Assembly: GCF_009914755.1 (NCBI RefSeq)
Contig: NC_060939.1
Source: the human T2T-CHM13v2.0 reference genome, Homo sapiens
Reading direction: 5' to 3' (one strand)
Length of the DNA: 64,000 bases
The notes beneath the pieces were generated by a model that had not been told where the DNA came from, made no database searches, and saw nothing but the letters and a program-made list of their open reading frames with translations. The position numbers and the translations under genes are program-made. Positions 1 to 15,942 of this stretch are shown in pieces (the first letter of the stretch is position 1; each line of letters starts with the position of its first letter).

Positions 1-2555
1 TTCAAATTAAGATATGTCATTAGAATGCTTGGACCAGTCAATCTTTTGTACTTATTTGAAAATATAGGAACAATTTAGCAGCTGCAAATATGCCCAAGCT
101 ATTTTTAATAGATATACTAAACTTATTGTTGACAAATTTCAGCCTCCTTAATTTTTTTTTTTTTGGTAATTACCTATAGGCTTAAAAGTCATTCGTTGCT
201 GTTCTAGTATAATTAGTAGTTCCGTGATTGAAAGTTTATTGTAATTCTACTATCTTCAAATTAGATACATTTTCAAAAGGAAAAGATAATTTTTTAGAAA
301 CATCTTAATATTCACTATTTCCTGAAAAAATCCAAGCAGTTAACGCTTTCTGGATGGTAACAAAGTACCTTCTAAAAGATAAGTGCTATGACACCATGTA
401 TGAATGTAATTCTCTTAGTAATTTACCTCTGACTATTTGGTGTCTTAACGCTTTGGTTTATATAATCTCAGGGGTTGTCTGCAAACCAAAACTGACATAT
501 TCTGTGGTTAGCTTTTATTACTTTTTTTTTTAACAGAATGCTTTGCTTTGGTTATATTTCTTCTTTCTTCTTTTGTCTTATATGGATTAATAACTAGTCT
601 CCATGAACTTCACTTGAAAGAGCCTGTAAAAGTTAGATGAGTCTAAAAGTGCTCTTTGAAGTAGCAGCAAATTGGGAGTATATGCTCTGTTATATAGAAA
701 TAAATTGTCCTTGCTATTTTCTTACATTTAGCTTTGCTAGATTGTATATACATTGAGCTAAGACCTTAGGAAATTCACTTTCTGCATGATAAAATGACCC
801 AATAAATATTCCACTTTGCTTAATAATGTACATACAGTGCATTATTTTTTCTATTTGTAGATGAATTTAATGACAGATAATTGTCTGTTCCCCGCTGAAA
901 CTGAAGAAATCTAGTTTTTTTGTGAACATTTTTGTGGTCTTATGGATAAGGTACATGAAGATTTTTGCAGCAGTATTAGTGGTTCAGTGGCTGCACTTTA
1001 TTAATCAGTGTGTTAATTTTTGACAGTGATTGGACTAGACCTTTTCAAATAGAGTCTGAGGGTATCAGACAGTGAAAATGTGCTGTAACTAAGTAGCATG
1101 TAAATCAGTTGATTGTAAAACGTTTCGCTGGGAACTTATTTTAGCTATATTTTACTTCAGACAGATTATGATACAATAATCTACCTGTGCATCAGTTAGT
1201 AGGTGCTGCAGGGTTTCTTACTATTTACAGAAACATTTTGTGCAGTCTTTGTTATAAATTTTCAGAAGACTATACTCTTTACTTTGAAGGTCTATTTTTT
1301 AATTATACCTCATTTAGCTAACTAGTATTCTAATACCTGGTAGAAAAACAGTGAGCCAGCCTTTAAGCATCTAACAAAATTTAGACTCTTTGTTTTGTTT
1401 TGAACTGAAGACATCATTGGGAAAGGTAGGAAATATTAGTTTAGGATAGAGCATACATGTCATATCCAGTAGCATAAAAAAAGTATTATCTCCCTGTCTC
1501 CATTAATAAATTTAGCTGTGCAATATAGGTGCGTTTTTGCAGAAGTTTCTAGTAAGAGATTATAACTCCATTTTACAGGTTCTGAATGCTCAGAGTCTAT
1601 ATTAAGGCTTATAAAGTTTTTCCTGTGATCAGTAAGTGACACATTTAAGCAGACATTCTTTTCAAGTTCATGACTTAGATTCCTTTACAAATTTAGTTCT
1701 CAATCTTTAAAAACCACATTTCATTATGTTGGTTAATTATTATAAATTTTAAGCACTCATTTCTGCAATCAGGTTTCTCAGAATTTTTTTTTTTTAAACA
1801 GAAGAGACATTCCTTTTTCCTTGTTACATCCAAGGGGGGCACAGGGGTGGGTGGAAAGGAATGTCTAAAAATGAAATCCCTTGATATAGAGGGACCTAGA
1901 CGGACAGGATATGCTAAAATAATTTCAAATTCTAGCACAATTTTAGAGTAGAATAAGTCATTTTTTTAGACTAATAAAATTAATGGCTGTCATGTTCACT
2001 CTGAAAAAAATCTAAATGACTGAAATGTACAGAAATAAAAATTAGCAAACAATTATTCTAGGGATATTTTCAGATTTTACTTCATTTCTTGAAATGCGTG
2101 TGCCATATGCAATTGCATTTCTTGTGCCAAGAAACTAATAGAACTTATTTCACTTTACCTTTTTTTAAAATGTGAATTTAGTTATTATAGTTCAATTTTA
2201 TGGCCTTACAGATGGCTTTTATTTTGTTTGCAGCTGACACTGCAGTTCCTTTCATGCAAAATACCATAAACTGTTTGATGAAAATCATGCCCCTAATGGA
2301 AACTCTCTAGTTTTTCCATATAACTATCCTACTGTACATGTTTAAACATATTTTATTTTTGCTCCAATGGCTTAATGTGAAAAGCTCCTGCAGATAAGTG
2401 GACCTGTCATGTGGTTAATCTTGTTTAAGCCAATTCATTAACTGTGTACTGATACTGATGCTATGTTTTTTTTAAATGGATTTTATTCCAGGTGAACTTT
2501 TTTTTTATAATAATGTTCGTCTAAAATAAAAACTACATAATGAAAATGAAAATGC
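1..2555 (+). other. RAB8B: Distal 3'UTR of the upstream gene (RAB8B by synteny)
   Basis: AT/U-rich, transposon-free and without long ORFs. Several AATAAA signals (1973, 2034, 2525), Pumilio elements (TGTATATA 743, TGTACATA 827) and many miRNA 8mer seeds on the + strand. Identity is inferred from the known order RAB8B-APH1B-CA12; no coding exon is visible. Confidence 0.7.
2525..2530 (+). terminator. RAB8B: Candidate distal polyadenylation signal of RAB8B
   Basis: AATAAA at the end of the repeat-free AT-rich block, just before the first Alu. Confidence 0.55.
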
Positions 2556-2607
2556 TAATGGCTCTCTGAAATGGACTGCACATTTTAAAAATATTTCTGC
2601 AAATTTG

Positions 2608-2932
<325 letters not shown>

Positions 2933-3181
2933 AATGTTTCTGCAAATTTGACAGGTATATGTTTCAAACCATGGCAGACTTAAGATATTTTAGCAAACTT
3001 TATATCTGACGCAGAGTTGTTTAAAGATCTAGAAAAATAGCCAGCTCCCCTGTTCATCATACTTAGCTCAGCATACATTGAGGTTATTCTGTTGTAGAAC
3101 CTGTAGCTTTAAATTGATCACCCTTCCTTTCTTAGTCCTTGCAAGTTTAATTTCTGTTGTTTTGTTTCCACTTGAAAATAA

Positions 3182-3786
<605 letters not shown>

Positions 3787-4613
3787 CGGAAAGAACCAAC
3801 TTGATGGCACCAGCACTGTCGATACTCTCCTGCTTTGTTTGCACATATTCCCAGTCTCAGCCTTTCCCATTCATCCCACAGCCATTTCAAACCTTCACTA
3901 TTCTTCTCAAGCTTCCTACCTCTTCCCTGTCCCTCTTCATGGACTGATCTTTCACCTCCCTCCTTCCAGAGAAAAGCATCAGTCACAAACCACATTAGCC
4001 TCCTCTCCCTCCCTAACCTACAGGCCACCTTCATCCTTACCTCCTTCCTCTTGGTCTCACAGGCATTCTTAACCTAGGCTCTTCTCTCTGCCCCATATCT
4101 GAATTCATCCTCCCACTGCTATCCTGCTTTTCAGGGAACTCACAGCTCTTTCTCTTGTACCTTCAAACCCCTATCCTTTCTTAGCCCTTTCCTTCAGCCT
4201 CTGAGCATCCTCAACCCTCCTACCCTGTGGCTTGTGGTCCTCTCTCACCTGCTCTTTTTCCTCTTCTTTCTGTTATGCTTAAAGGCATCTGTTTTCAAAG
4301 AGGTATCTATAGTTACTATGCTCACTTTTTCATTTTCCATTTATTCCTTAACCTACTCTGGTTTGTCTTCTACCCCCCGCCCTGCCCCTCCCCACCACTT
4401 CGCTGACATTGTGCTTACGACAGCCTAGCTGCTAAAGTAGTAGACAGTTTTCAGTTCTGTTCCTAGCTAACTTCTCGGCAGCATTTCACCAGTATATTTC
4501 TCCCCCGCCCGAGAAATGTTCTTTCCTTGGCTTCTGTGACAGTATTCTCATGATTCCGACTTATGCACAATAATTTCACCCTTTTTCATGGCTCTTTAAA
4601 TGCTCATAACTTC

Positions 4614-5112
4614 TGCGGTAAGGCTGAATAATGCCCCTCCCCACCTTCCCCTACCCCCTCAAGGTTGGTCATGTCTTAATCCCCGGAACCTCTGAATGTT
4701 ACTTTATATGGCAAAAAGGACTTTGCAGAGGGGATCGAGTTAAGGATCATGAGATGGGAGATTATCTTGATCCAAGTGGACCCAATGTAATCCTAGGGGT
4801 CCTTCTCATGAGAGGACAGGAAGAGTCAGAAGAAAGCCACGTGATGATGGACGCAGAGGGAGAAAAGGTGCTGTGATGCTGTGCAGAGCCATGAGCCAAG
4901 GAATGTGGGCAGCCTCCAGGATCTGGAAAAGGATTCTCCCCTACAGCCTCCAGAAGGAACCAGCCTGCTCTGACACCTTGATTTTAGCCCAGGTCAGACC
5001 CATTTTGTACTTAACCACCTCCAGAACTGTAAGACTAAATTTGTCTTTACAGACTGCTTTATGTCACTGAGTTTGTGGTAATTTAGCACAGCAGCAATAG
5101 AAAGCTAAAACA
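4614..5112 (+). mobile_element. MaLR solo LTR (MLT1, probably MLT1D-like)
   Basis: TG start; gaatgttactttatatggcaaaaaggactttgcag; gagatgggagattatc; ends gtttgtggtaatt...gcagcaatagaaagctaaaaca. Confidence 0.8.
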
Positions 5113-5287
5113 GTTTTCAAACGTGTATCTCTAGCCATAACCACTTTCCGGAGGGCCAGACCTCAAAGTTACCTGCCTACGGGACATCCCCCTTGGATCT
5201 ACTACAGGGACATCACACACAACATGTCTGAAACTCAGACTCAACTCTGTCTTTTCCCTCTCCCCAAGCAAACCCCACTTCCGAAGT

Positions 5288-5313
5288 GGGCGGTGGGGCG
5301 GGGGGGGGGGGGG
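5288..5313 (+). repeat. Poly-G tract / G-quadruplex-forming motif
   Basis: GGGcggtGGGGc followed by G14. Confidence 0.8.
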
Positions 5314-5816
5314 CAGCCTGTCCTTTTTCCATCATAATAAGTAGCACCATCATCTGTGTAGATCCTTAGTCAACCTCCAGATTTCATGGGTCCTACCCCT
5401 ATCTACTTGTCCATTATTACTGCCACTCTTTGTTGAGGCCCCCTCAACTTCTGCCTAGATCACTGTAATCTCTCCAAATCAGTCTCCCCACCTCTAATTT
5501 TATTTTCCTCCAATCCAGTTTTCACAGTGCTGAGTTTTACAGGTGGCATCTTATCCTGTCCCCGCCACATATAATGCTTTAGTGGTACTGCCTAACCTTG
5601 GGATAAAAACTCCTTTGCATGGCAAACAAAGTCCTTTGCCATCCCCACATCTTTCTCTCCAGCCTTAAATCTCGTCATGCCTTAACTCATACTCTTCCTT
5701 TGAACCTCATGAGTAATTGCAGTTCCCCAGCACATCATATCATTTTATTCCTTTGCTTACATTGCTCCTTCTGCCGACTTCTGCTTCTTTACTTGGCTGG
5801 CCTCCGCTTACTTTCA

Positions 5817-6157
<341 letters not shown>

Positions 6158-6364
6158 TTAGCTACAACCCCCCCTCTGCTTAGAAGCCTCTGTGTATGCC
6201 CCAAGTGTCACTCACCACATGGATTTGAGTTGACTATTTACTTTCCTTCTCTACTAGATAGACTCTAGGCTCCTGAAGGGTGGGAGTTGTGTCTTTAGTT
6301 TTTGTATCTACCATACCCAGTAAGGGGCTTGGCACATGGTAGGTGTTTAATAAATGAAAGAATC

Positions 6365-6662
6365 GCCTGGCACAGTGGCTCATGCCTGTAATCCCAAAAC
6401 TCCGGGAGGCTGAGGCAGGTGGATCACTTGAGCTCAGGTGTTGGAGACCAGCCTGGGCAACATGGAAAAACCCTGTCTCTACAAAAAAATACAAAAATTA
6501 TCCAGGTGCGGTGGCACGCACCCGTAGTCCCAGCTACTCAGGAGGCTGAAGTGGGAGGATCGCTTGTGCCCAGGAGGTTAGGCTGCAGTGAGCTGTGATA
6601 GTGCCACTGCACTCCAGCCTGGGCGACTGAAGTGAGATTCTGTGTCAAAATAATAATACATA
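6365..6662 (+). mobile_element. AluJ-like
   Basis: Alu consensus with J-type diagnostic gggaggatcgcttg. Confidence 0.9.
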
Positions 6663-6750
6663 AATGAGAGAATCAGTACTTCAGTCATCATCAAAATTAA
6701 CTTGCCCATGAAGTAAGTGAAGTGTAATTTGGGAGCTAAGTGTAATTTAG

Positions 6751-7635
<885 letters not shown>

Positions 7636-7686
7636 TATATGCTCTTTATTCTGGTTCTTATCTTTTAATCTTTGTTAAATACCTTA

Positions 7687-8009
7687 CAGGGGTCCCCAGT
7701 TCTGGGGACATGGATAGGTACTGGGCCACACAGCAGGAGGTGAGCGGCAGGCCAGTAAGCATTACTGCCTGAACTCTGCCTCCTGCCAGATCAATGGCGG
7801 CATTAGATTCTCATAGGAGTGTGAAACCTATCATGAATTGTGCATGTGAGGGATCTAGGTTTTGTGCTCCTTATGAGAATCTAATGCCTGATGATCTGAG
7901 GTGGAACAGTTTCATCCTGAAACCATCCCCATCACCCCAACCCACAGTCCATGGAAAAATTGTCTTCCACGAAACCAGTCCCTGCTACCAAAAAGGTTGG
8001 GGACCACTG
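7687..8009 (+). mobile_element. MER1 (hAT-Charlie) DNA transposon, MER1B-like
   Basis: caggggtcccc ... aaaaggttggggaccactg termini and internal cattagattctcataggag motif. Confidence 0.85.
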
Positions 8010-8811
8010 CCTTATACTATCTTAATCTGTGTTGTATCTTACACTATATTAATCTTTATTAAGTATAGAAGGATTTGCTTTTAATAAGATCACCCAGAAT
8101 GTTGTTTAGGTATTGATAAATTCAGTAAACCTTCTCTCCCACTTCATGATTCCAACCCTCAAGATTGGTGTTCCGTTATTAGTTCCAGGGATATATGAGA
8201 ATGCACCATAGCAAATAAAATAAATAAATAATAAATTAAAATAAATAAATATACATTCGCCTAAGGTGAAAGTAGTTGGGTGATGACATGAAAGAAAAAC
8301 AGAAATTGCTGTGGTTAAGAATAGCAACTGCTAAATACATGAAATGAGTTTTTGTTCCTTATGAGTAAATATTGCAATGAAATTTTAGGGAAATATTTCA
8401 AATAGGTAGTCACATTAGTCAATAAATTATCAAAATGTCTCAGGCTTCAACTGAGGCAGCTGGATCTAGCAAAAAGAGGCCTGAACTAGAAATCAAGACT
8501 TCCAGGTTCCAAGTGGGTTCTGCTGCTCAGTAATGGAGTATTTTCTAGGCTTGTTGTATCCTCTGTTTGCTTTTAAAAAAAATTATATTGGATAATCTCT
8601 ATGTCCTTTCCTAGCTCTAAAATTCTAAGAAAACACTGGTAATTTCTCTAACATAGATCATTTGATACTCTACCATCATTGCAATTTTCTCTCTGATATC
8701 TCAATGAAGGTATTTAGTTTTATGGTTTATAAATTTGGAATATAAATTAAATCAACTTGGCATTATAAACATGGACACTTAGTATAAACTAGGTAGTAAT
8801 TCTTTATCTGA

Positions 8812-9180
<369 letters not shown>

Positions 9181-9629
9181 ACTTCCTCTTGCATTGCCTT
9201 TAAAAAAATTTACTTGTGAATATTGTGTGCAAGCTGAAGTTGAAAAAACTCTAAGAGAATGTAGTTAAGACTCTCATCTTGTCCCATCAACAAAACCAGT
9301 GCTGCTTGAAAGCTGGGTCCTAGGGTTGACTCTTATAGGGCTGGTAACTTCACTCCGACCTTCAGCATCACAGCAGGATCGAAATTGCATCACTCGTTAC
9401 CAAGGAAACTGGGTGGGTACTCTGAGGATCCCTCCATTTCCTGTCTTCCTTCAGCTGGTGTCCTGTCTCCTCTCCTCTAAAGCTAAATTTCTCCATTTTT
9501 TCCTCTTTCCTTTTTTTTCTTACCACACATTAATGTGAGAAGATTTTACAGACTGCCTTTTACCCCTATGTCTGGGTCACTGATGACCTCTGTATGGCTA
9601 AATCCAGTGGACATAATTCACTGGTAGCT

Positions 9630-9952
<323 letters not shown>

Positions 9953-10298
9953 TACTTAACCTCTCGACAGCCCTTCTTTCTGAAATGTTTTCCCCTTGGC
10001 TTCCACAGCACCACATTCCCCCAGTTTTCTTGTTACCCTCTTGGCCACTCCTTTTCAGTTTCTTATGAGGTTCCTCTTCTCCTCATACCTTTAATGTTGG
10101 TGTTCTGACATAGGCCTTGTTCTGGCTTTACTAGCTATCTAGGTAATTCTATTCTATGTACTCTCACGGCTTCAGGTATTCTGGTCTCAGCTCTGATGTT
10201 CAGTCCATTTCTCTCCTGATCCTGTATATGTAGTTGCCTACTGAACACCTCCATTTGGAGTGCTACAAGTATCTCAGTCTCAAGGCATCCAAAATGAA

Positions 10299-10721
<423 letters not shown>

Positions 10722-11879
10722 CTATGTAGCTCATTAGTCACTAAATTCTGTTTGTACAATTCCTAAACTTCTATTAAATTTGTCTGCTTCCCTCCAGAGT
10801 CCTGCTAATTCCCTGAATCAGGCCACTGCCATCTCATGCCTGCGTTGCACTGAGGACCTCCAGTCTGGAAGCTCATTTTCCATATCTTTACAAAGCAGAT
10901 CTATCACTCTGAACTGTTGTCTCGACCCGAGTTTTGATAGGTATTGTGCTGGGATCTGACCATTCAAAATACAATCACTGGAATCTGAAGAAGTATTCTG
11001 TGGGAGTGAATGGAAATATATATGACTTTTAAATGGGCAAAGGTAATGTTTTTCTGTAAGAATTAAATACCTGCAGTTGTATTATTTGAAGGTGCATTTT
11101 CAGGGGCGAGCTGCAAAACATCTGTCAGGTCCCAACATTTGTCTACTGGTGTTTTTTTAAATGTGGATTGCCAAAATCTTTATTCATGATGGACATTATG
11201 TAGGAGTGGTTAATACTTACATAGCACTTACCTGTGTCAGGCACACTGATCAAAATAACCGACGAAGTATTATTCAACATAAAGAAAAATCTAACTTGGA
11301 TGTGAATGATCAGAGAACTTAAGTTTTAATTTTTAAACCTTTCAGAAATTGTTAATATAGATGTTTATAACTTCCACCTTTTAAATTATTTCACTTATTG
11401 AACAGATATTAGTGAACTTCTAGGTGCTGAGGAAACAACAAAGAGCAAAGCAAAGTCCCTGTCCCCCAGGAGTTCGCGTTTTAACGGGGAAGAAAAATAA
11501 GCAAGTGAAATGGACGACTGTGAGAAGACGGAGCAGGGAGATGTTACTATTGCTTGTAGGGTGGTCACAGAATGCCTGCAAAAACAACCCTTTTGAAGAA
11601 TTGGGAAAAAAATAAAAACCATTTGGCTGAAACAGCCCTGAGAAGGGCAGCTTCTTCCACCACTCTTTCATCATTTTACCATCTGTGGGTTATCCCCGGG
11701 GTCACTGCTATCCCAGCCTAGGTTTTATACAGGATGGAGTACGAAGTTCCCGCAACTATCCAAAAGGTAAAATGTGCTTAAAAAAAAAAAAAAACCTATT
11801 TAAAAAGGAATCCTGCTTGTTCCTGCGCTACATTTTTGTTTAGTCTCTTTGGTTGACTTGGAATCTCTGCCTGTTCTCG

Positions 11880-12700
11880 GTGCATGCGGCTCGAAGGTGG
11901 GCTAGGGAGCTTCCCTTCTCTTAACCACCTCGCGGCCGGCACTGGAACCCGATCGGAGTGTATCTGTGGGGCTGCGGCGATGGCTGGGGCCCTAACGTCG
12001 CCGAGGACGCCCGCCTCGGGAGCAGGAGCTGCGGCGTGGCCCTGGCGCTTCCGGACACCCGGTAGGGCGGAGGGCCCAACGGTGGGGTCCGCGCTCACCG
12101 CCTTGAGCCCGCCCCTGCGCCCGGCGCCCTCAGCCCACGCCCCGCCCAGTCCCCCAGGCCCTAGCGTTTACCCCCACGCCCCGCCTCGCCCCGCGACCCA
12201 CGTACCCCGCCTCCGAGCCCCGCCCCCGCCCCCACGTGCCCCGCCCCCGAGCCCCGCCCCCGTCCCCGTGCCTGCCCCTGAGCCGCGCCCCGCCCCCCGC
12301 GTCCCGCTTAGCCCCCCACCCCGAGCCCCACCCACCGAACCCCGCCCGCGCCGGGAGCATCTCGCGTCCCCAACGGGCCCCCGGGTCGGTTTCCGCGGTG
12401 GCCATGACTGCGGCCGTGTTCTTCGGCTGCGCCTTCATTGCCTTCGGGCCTGCGCTCGCCCTTTATGTCTTCACCATCGCCATCGAGCCGTTGCGTATCA
12501 TCTTCCTCATCGCCGGGTGAGGCGGTCGCGTCGGGAAACCCGGACGCCGGGGCTCCCCTCCCCCGCTGGGGTTACCCGCGACCCTCGGCGCCCCCACCGC
12601 GCGGCTCGACCTTGTTGCGTTTCAGACGGGAGGAGGGTTGAGAGGGGGAGAGCGGAGATCCGGCTCCCCAAAGGCGCCTCGCCCTCTTAGGAAGAAGCGC
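11880..12700 (+). promoter_or_regulatory. APH1B: CpG-island promoter of APH1B
   Basis: Very high GC and CpG density spanning exon 1. Many GC boxes (CCGCCC), an EGR-type CGCCCCCGC at 12221 and an E-box CACGTG at 12233; no TATA box. Confidence 0.92.
12404..12516 (+). CDS. APH1B: APH1B coding exon 1 (113 nt; MTAAVFFGCAFIAFGPALALYVFTIAIEPLRIIFLIAG)
   Basis: gccATGa start, recognisable APH-1B N-terminus, donor GG|gtgagg. Confidence 0.98.
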
Positions 12701-12899
12701 ACACTGGGGGTCAGGGCCTTTTGCCTGGGGCTCATGGGTGGGGTTTAGTGATCCGTGAAGCTACTAAAGTTGTATAAAAAAATTATGGATAAGTTCATAT
12801 ATGCATCCTTCATTTTCTGGAGGGGGAGTCCCTAATTTCCCTCAGATTCTCAAAGGCATGTGTAATCCCCAAAGGGTTAAAAACCATTGGCGTTTAGGA

Positions 12900-13090
12900 T
12901 AGTAGTGCGCGACTTCCGCCTATTAGAATCACCTGTGGCCAGGTGCTTTAAAACATGCCGATGCCCACCCCCACCCCGATCCATTGAATCAGAATGTCTA
13001 GGGGATGGGATTCGGGCTTCAGAAAAAAAAAAAAAAATTTAAGCTCCTTTTGGATGGTTCCGTTGTGCAGCCGAAGGGTGGAAACCTGTA
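12900..13090. mobile_element. MER5A-like hAT remnant
   Basis: attagaatcacctg...gaatcagaat...gtgcagccgaagggtggaaacc motif series. Confidence 0.6.
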
Positions 13091-13940
13091 AAAACACCGA
13101 AGCACCTGACTGTGCGTCTCCTTCTGGGAGCTTGGTAAATACCGGACTCTGGTGTCCCATCGCAGTCATCACCTGCCTCTTACTTGCACATACCACATCC
13201 CCCCTCCTCTGATGAGTCTCTCTTGGCACCAGACTAGGCCAATGATTCCCGCTTTTCTGCGTTTCTTCACCTCCCACAAACGTATTGAAAGTGCTTCGCT
13301 GCATGTCATTTTAAAAATAATAGAGATTTGGGAAGGGTCTGTAAAGCTTGCTATAATCATTAGAATCCCCAGGGGTGCTGTAAGACCTGGAGGGCTTGGA
13401 TACTGATCCAGATCAGAACACAGGTTTTCAAGTTGAATTTTATACCAGTCACTTTATTAATAGAGATGTAGATATTTTTCTGGAAAAGATACTCATCTTT
13501 GCAGATATCTGATCAGTAAATCCATAATTTCTTGTAAGTTTTAAGAATATGAAAATTGCAGTAATCAGGGTTGTGTATTTTCTTGTTTTGGCTCATCAAT
13601 GGGCAGAGCATTGATTAGAAAGAGTAGCAAATAACCAAGTTTCTAGCTAGATAGTCCTTGGCAGATAGAGTCTGCAGATGTACTTGCAAGTAGCAGAGTC
13701 ATTGAAAAAAGTAATTGTTGGGAAACCTCAGCCTTCCTCTTGGACACGTTTGTCTCACCAAGGAAAATGCACCGTTAAGAACAACTGATCAGAGTATCAC
13801 TTTATGAGGACTTTCTTTTCCTTATTGAAACGTCAAGAAATCTCTTCCTTCTCAAGCAGGTTTTTTTTTTTTTCCTGCTTTTAAACATTATTAATCCTGT
13901 ACTGATGTTCACTTGTAACTTTTTTTCCCGTATTTTTCAG

Positions 13941-14111
13941 AGCTTTCTTCTGGTTGGTGTCTCTACTGATTTCGTCCCTTGTTTGGTTCATGGCAAGAGT
14001 CATTATTGACAACAAAGATGGACCAACACAGAAATATCTGCTGATCTTTGGAGCGTTTGTCTCTGTCTATATCCAAGAAATGTTCCGATTTGCATATTAT
14101 AAACTCTTAAA
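13941..14111 (+). CDS. APH1B: APH1B coding exon 2 (171 nt; AFFWLVSLLISS...FAYYKLLK)
   Basis: tttttcag|A acceptor, AA|gtaagt donor, frame continuous with exon 1. Confidence 0.97.
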
Positions 14112-14443
14112 GTAAGTTAAATACCTGCCTTACCTTTTTTTTCCCCAGTTAGATTTTAGTTATGATTTGGTCATTTGAAACGTGAATATAGTATTGTATC
14201 TATGCCCTCCTACATAGTACTAAGCCAAGAGATTGGTACATTTCCAGCCTGAAAATCTTGAGTGTTCTTTTATCTTGTGGAAATTTCTTATTTCCTTCCT
14301 TTCTTCCTTTATTCAAAAAAATATTTCTTGAGAATCAATCCCAGACACTATCCTAGGTACTGGGGATACATCAGTGATTAAAAGACAGAGTCTCTGGCTT
14401 TATGGAGCTTATATTATAGTAGGAAGAGACAGACAATAAATGA

Positions 14444-14881
<438 letters not shown>

Positions 14882-15650
14882 TAAATAATTCTTATGGAGA
14901 CCATGCCTTCCATTATTTTGACTTTAGTAGGGGAAAACAGGAGTTCCTTTTGTGGTATTTCCTGTAGTTTTAAATCTATAATAGAAAATCACATTTTAAA
15001 AAATGCCTTGGGTTCCCTTGTTGGGCCAGAAAGTAGGTCTTCTCTAGGACTCACGAGGACCTCACATGAAACCACTGATTTGAAACACAGCTGGAACTTG
15101 GAACCATATTTCCTTTCAGGCAGTCATGAAATTGGCTTTGATTATGTAGTAAGTCTTAATAGAGTGATAAATGTGCTGTCTTTTTTCATTTGTACAAATG
15201 AAGTAATTAAGGCTGTCCATGAATTTCGTGGATATAACCAAGAGGAACCTCAACAACAACTCTTTTCATAGGCTTCTGTTAACTTGTTCTTGCCAATATG
15301 CTAGGTTTTCTGTATTTGTTACTCTTTGCTTTTAATACCAGATACTGAATTCCCTTTTCGTAATGAAGGAATTTAAATTAGGAATTGAAATCCAGGAAGC
15401 CATTGCTTAGAAGCAAAAATCATATCTTAGAAAAGTTTCAAAAATGAAATTCCCATTAGTACCTGGAAATATTACATGGGAATAAATAAATATCAAAGGT
15501 AACACTGAAATTTCCATGGTAATACAACATCCCTAACAGATGGACATCTAGCTGTGTTTGAATGTTTCTGGTATGTGGCAGTTACTACCATTCTACAATT
15601 TTAAGCTTTAACTGTAGAATATCATTAAGGTAACCACATCTACCTCTGCT

Positions 15651-15942
15651 GGGCTTGGTGGCTCATGCCTGTAACCCTGACATTTTGGGAAAGCAAGGTA
15701 GGCCAATTGCTTGAGCTGAGGATTTCGAGACTAGCCTGGGCAACATGGCAAAACCCTGTCTCTACAACAAATACAAAAATTAACTGGGCATAGTGGTCCC
15801 AGCTCCTCGGGAGGTTGAGGTGGGAGGATCACTTGAATCTAGGAGGCGGAGGTTGCAGTGAGCCGTGATTGCACCACTGTGCTCCATTCTGGGAGACAGA
15901 GCCAGACCCTGTCTAAAAAAAAAACAAACAAGCAAAAACAAA
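15651..15942 (+). mobile_element. AluJ-like
   Basis: Sense Alu consensus with A-tail. Confidence 0.9.

Noticed and set aside
8213-8250. (AAAT)n tract as the tail of a processed pseudogene
   Set aside because: No recognisable upstream gene homology or TSD; treated as a simple repeat.
12236-12403. In-frame GTG-initiated N-terminal extension of APH1B
   Set aside because: It lies in the GC-box promoter region, probably upstream of transcription start. The ATG at 12404 has good Kozak context and gives the known 257-aa protein.
11884-12690. 268-aa Pro/Arg/Ala-rich ORF over the APH1B promoter
   Set aside because: Stop codons are depleted in GC-rich DNA, the sequence is low complexity, it is out of frame with APH1B and it runs through the splice donor.
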